Source: an uncultured Thermoanaerobaculia bacterium
Lineage (GTDB): Bacteria > Acidobacteriota > UBA4820 > DSQY01
Reading direction: 5' to 3'
Assembly (NCBI GenBank): GCA_964589625.1
Contig: CAZPSH010000007.1
Span: 9,221 to 73,220, forward strand
Length of the DNA stretch: 64,000 bases
Shown here: one piece after another, positions 60,903 to 64,000 of the stretch
Numbering within the stretch: the stretch's first letter is position 1
Layout: each line of letters begins with the position of its first letter
Program-made: the position numbers and the translations under genes
The notes under the pieces: generated by a model
What the model saw: only the letters and a program-made list of their open reading frames with translations
What the model was told of the DNA's origin: nothing
The model's database searches: none

Positions 60903-61673
60903 ATGGCCTGGGATCCGGACCTCTATCACCGATTCCGCGCGGAGCGCGCGGCCCCCTTTGAGGACCTATTGGGGCTCGTGCGTCAGGCGCCCGGACTTTC
61001 GGTTCTGGACCTCGGATGCGGGACGGGCGAACTCACGGCCCGGTTGAAGGAGGCCCTTCCCGGTTCGGACGTGTTGGGGTTGGACAGTTCCCCGGCGATG
61101 CTGGAGAGGGCCCGCGACCTCGCTCGGCCAGGCCTCCGCTTCGAACTCGGCTCGGTGGAGGCGGCGGAGGGAGAGTTCGACCTCGTCTTTTCCAACGCCG
61201 CCCTCCACTGGGTCGCGGGCCACAGGCACCTCGTCCCCCGGCTCATTGGAATGGTCCGGCCGGGCGGCCAGCTCGCCGTCCAGATCCCTTCCAATCACGA
61301 CCATCCCGCCAACCGGACGGGCGACGAGGTGGCCTTGCGGCCCCCCTTCCGAGAAGCCCTCGGGGCCTGGACGAGGACCGTGCACGTCCTGCCGCTTCCG
61401 GAGTACGCCGAGACTCTTCATTCCGCGGGAGCCGAGGGTCTGACGGCCCTGGAGAAGGTCTATCCCCACATCCTCGCGGACGCAGGGGCCCTCCGCGACT
61501 GGCTGGAGGGAACGACGCTCCGCCCCTACCTCTCCCGCCTCCCCGAGCCGCTTCGCGGGCCCTTTCTGGAGGCCGTGGGAGAGGAGTTGGCGAGCCGGTT
61601 CCCCGGCACGCCCGTGTTCTTCGGGTTCCGAAGGATCCTCCTCCACGCCCACCGCCGAAAGGGCGACCGGTGA
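60903..61673 (+). CDS. class I SAM-dependent methyltransferase (Tam / trans-aconitate methyltransferase-like)
   Basis: MAWDPDLYHRF start, VLDLGCGTGELT SAM motif I, and a conserved FSNAALHWV block. ATG at 60903 follows AAAGGAGC. Confidence 0.75.
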   Translation: MAWDPDLYHRFRAERAAPFEDLLGLVRQAPGLSVLDLGCGTGELTARLKEALPGSDVLGLDSSPAMLERARDLARPGLRFELGSVEAAEGEFDLVFSNAALHWVAGHRHLVPRLIGMVRPGGQLAVQIPSNHDHPANRTGDEVALRPPFREALGAWTRTVHVLPLPEYAETLHSAGAEGLTALEKVYPHILADAGALRDWLEGTTLRPYLSRLPEPLRGPFLEAVGEELASRFPGTPVFFGFRRILLHAHRRKGDR

Positions 61674-62302
61674 GCCGGATCCCGCGGATCCTCTTTCTCG
61701 CGTTGACCGCCCTTCTCCTGGACGGATGCCGGCCGAAGGTGACTCGGTTTACCTTCGAACCCCTGGACGTCGGCTCCGACCCCGTACAGACCGCCTGCGA
61801 GGATATGCCCGCCTGGACCCTTCGCGCGGGCGGATTCACCGTGACGGTGACGCCCAAGGCCGACTATACGGTGCGGGGAATCGTCCTTTCCACGAGGCGG
61901 TACCGCCACGACCGAAACGCCATCCTGTCCCCCTGCGACATCGCCCTCGCCTGGGGCAAGATGGCGGACGGGGACGTCCTCGACGAGGTTTCCTGGAACC
62001 AGAGCGGGCGGTGGTACTGGTGGTCCTACGACTCGGACTTCCCGTTCGACAACGCGGCCATTGCCCGGTATTCCGCCAACACGCACGTCATTCCCTCCAC
62101 CCCGAACGTTCGGCGGGCCGTCCTTGCCCTGGACGCAGGTGACCGGGTGTCGCTCTCGGGACAACTCGTGTTCGTGGACGCCACCGACGGATCCTCCACC
62201 TGGTGGTGGCACAGCAGCCTCTCCCGGGAAGACACGGGCGAGGGCTCCTGCGAAGTACTCTTCTTGAGGAGCGTCGAGGTGGACGGAAGGGTGTACGAAT
62301 GA
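61670..62302 (+). CDS. hypothetical lipoprotein (Trp-rich, 210 aa)
   Basis: The GTG at 61670 overlaps the methyltransferase stop. LLDGC lipobox. I recognise no domain. The ORF-track extension from 61016 is GC-rich noise. Confidence 0.5.
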   Translation: MSRIPRILFLALTALLLDGCRPKVTRFTFEPLDVGSDPVQTACEDMPAWTLRAGGFTVTVTPKADYTVRGIVLSTRRYRHDRNAILSPCDIALAWGKMADGDVLDEVSWNQSGRWYWWSYDSDFPFDNAAIARYSANTHVIPSTPNVRRAVLALDAGDRVSLSGQLVFVDATDGSSTWWWHSSLSREDTGEGSCEVLFLRSVEVDGRVYE

Positions 62303-62559
62303 TTCGCGCGGTCCTGGCCCTCGTCCTGATGAAGGCTCTCCGAGAGATGCTGGACGAGGCGGGGCTTCAAGTGGAGTGGGACCGCTTCATTTAGGACCTT
62401 GGTGGGCTGCAAAGCTTCGTTGTCGAGCAGGCGGGCAAGCGCTTTGCCTTCCGCTCAGACGCTCGGGGCGAGGTGGCCAGGGGTTTTCAGGCCGCCGCCA
62501 TTGCCATGCCCCAGCGCATCCGCCAGCTTCCAGCCGCCACCGGGCCTCCGCCAAAAGCC

Positions 62560-63060
62560 GCAGGAGGGCACGTGCAGTGACACGCCAACATCGCCCCTCG
62601 TACTGTCCTCATTTTACATGGGTTACGACAAGGCACTGTCGAAGATGTGTTGGATGCGCGGCGCGGACGTAGACCAGGGCGAGCCGTTCAGCTACATCTC
62701 CCTCGATTCGAGGATTCCGATGGACCATCCGCTGCGGCCGATCCGGAAGATGGTCGATGCGGCGCTCTGCTACATGGAGCACGTGCTGATGGAGAACCGG
62801 AACGGGCTCGCCGTCGACGGCCGGGTGACCCTGGCCGAAGGGACGGCCGAGCGGGAGGAGATCCGCCATCGACGGCCGCACGATGCGACATGCGGGCTTC
62901 TCGATGAGCCAGGTCATACGGAAGCGTATCGAGGAAATCTTCGGGTGGGCCAAGACGGTGGGTAACCTGAGAAAGACCAGGTTCCGTGGGCGTGCGCGCC
63001 TCGGGTGGAGCTTCATGCTGACCCTCGCGGCTACAACCTGGTCCGCATGAAAAACCTGCA
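62560..63060 (+). mobile_element. IS5/IS1182-family transposase remnant (internally deleted, frameshifted)
   Basis: The N-terminal block GEPFSYISLDSRIPMDHPLRPIRKMVDAAL matches DUF772, the InsH N-terminal domain. The C-terminal block IEEIFGWAKTVGNLRKTRFRGRARLGWSFMLTLAA(Y)NLVRMKNL matches the transposase C-terminus, but a 1-nt deletion leaves it out of frame (GCTACAACC where GCTTACAACC is needed). The roughly 250-aa DDE core between the two blocks is absent. Confidence 0.55.
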
Positions 63061-63324
63061 AGACCCATCCCTCGGGGCAACCGGCAATCCTGAGCGCCAT
63101 AACCCCGAAAGGCACCTCAGACCAAGACAAACAGGGCGCTTTTCAGCAGCCTGTCAGCCCCCAGACCCCTAAGTCCGAAGACGGAGCACGGGAGACGAAA
63201 TACGGGAGGGGCAGGGGGCAGTCTGAAGATGGGAGAGAGGTTGGAAGGGCGGAGGATGGGGAACCGGCTTCGAAAATGGGGCAGCCGTGGTCTATACTTG
63301 CGATTCTGAACTGGGGGAAAGCGC

Positions 63325-64000
63325 CATGGCGGAGAAGGTCGTCATCATCGGTTCGGGGCCCGCGGGACACACGGCGGCCATCTATGCCGCGCGGGCGGGG
63401 CTCCGCCCGCTCCTCTTCGAGGGCTTCATCGCCGGCGGCGTGGCCGGCGGACAGCTCATGACCACCACGGAGGTGGAGAACTTCCCGGGCTTCCCCGAGG
63501 GGGTGACCGGACCCGAGCTCATGGATCGCATGCGCGCGCAGAGCGAGCGCTTCGGCACCCGAATCCTCACGGAAGACGTGGAGTCCGTGGACCTTTCCAA
63601 GCGCCCCTTTGCCGTGCGCTCGGGCGAGACGACCGCCGAGGCCGAAGCCCTCATCCTCGCCACGGGGGCCACGGCCAAGCGCCTCCACCTGCCTTCGGAA
63701 CCGCGGCTGTGGCAAAGGGGGATCTCGGCGTGCGCCGTCTGCGACGGGGCTCTGCCGCCTTTCCGCAACAAGGTCCTGGCGGTGGTGGGGGGGGGCGACA
63801 CGGCCATGGAGGAAGCCACCTACCTCACCCACTTTGCCTCCAAGGTCCTTCTCGTCCACCGCCGCCGCGAGTTCCGGGCCTCCCAGGCCATGCAGAAGCG
63901 GGTCCTCGAAAACCCGAAAATCGAGGTGGTCTGGGACTCGGTCGTCGAGGACGCCCTCGGGGAGGGCTTCGTCGCCGGCGTCCGCTTGAAGGACGTGAGG
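63325..64000 (+). CDS. trxB: thioredoxin-disulfide reductase (partial, runs off the window end)
   Basis: [25 protein letters not shown] (FAD GxGxxG), the redox-active CAVCDG, and a second [10 protein letters not shown] (NADPH) motif. It has no stop within the window, which is why it is missing from the ORF track. Confidence 0.85.

Noticed and set aside
63778-63790. A G10-type run (GGTGGTGGGGGGGGGCGAC).
   Set aside because: It lies inside trxB and encodes the conserved Gly-rich NADPH motif (VGGGDTA). It is normal coding sequence, not a slippery regulatory tract.

Overview
This is a high-GC (roughly 65-70%) bacterial chromosomal segment, densely packed with genes that are almost all housekeeping or cell-envelope functions. 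I identified about 70 features from ORF-track translations that I recognised by motif; no database search was run. In order along the window they are:

- A cell-envelope glycan and lipid A-type gene block. It starts with a pta-like gene, followed by two GT2 glycosyltransferases, a late acyltransferase, an NTP-transferase, and STAS, YigZ and CYTH genes interleaved by overlapping start/stop codons.
- An NfeD-stomatin pair.
- One long, translationally coupled operon: GGDEF, DUF4388, SPOR, xseB, ispA, tlyA, nadK.
- A complete type IV pilus pilMNOPQ operon on the minus strand. It runs without gaps into a small lipoprotein, a TPR protein, a Roadblock/LC7 protein and efp.
- dnaB, alr, a CPBP protease, an orphan ZAS-type anti-sigma factor, purE, tsaC, cobB and an aldehyde dehydrogenase.
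- A secreted beta-propeller/transglutaminase fusion.
- The protein-quality-control supercluster tig-clpP-clpX-lon-engB-rho, preceded by tRNA-Arg(UCG) and tRNA-Leu(UAG).
- A rhodanese/DoxX pair.
- A MacA-like adaptor plus two MacB/FtsX-type permeases and a separate ABC ATPase.
- A GGDEF-PilZ fusion and mltA.
- An operon of Fur/PerR-type regulator, rubrerythrin, CCG-domain Fe-S protein, DUF3501 and desaturase.
- nhaA, then a zone of gene wreckage: truncated mscL, a frameshifted PKD fragment and the 3' half of rtcB.
- A large DUF853/HerA-like ATPase, a Tam-like methyltransferase, a lipoprotein, an internally deleted IS5/IS1182-type transposase remnant, and partial trxB.

I found no CRISPR array, rRNA or intact mobile element. 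The best candidates for undescribed biology are:

- the pilQ-coupled lipoprotein/TPR/Roadblock trio, including an A10 tract at the lipoprotein start codon;
- the peroxide-type rubrerythrin/Fe-S/DUF3501/desaturase operon;
- the wreckage-flanked DUF853 ATPase islet.
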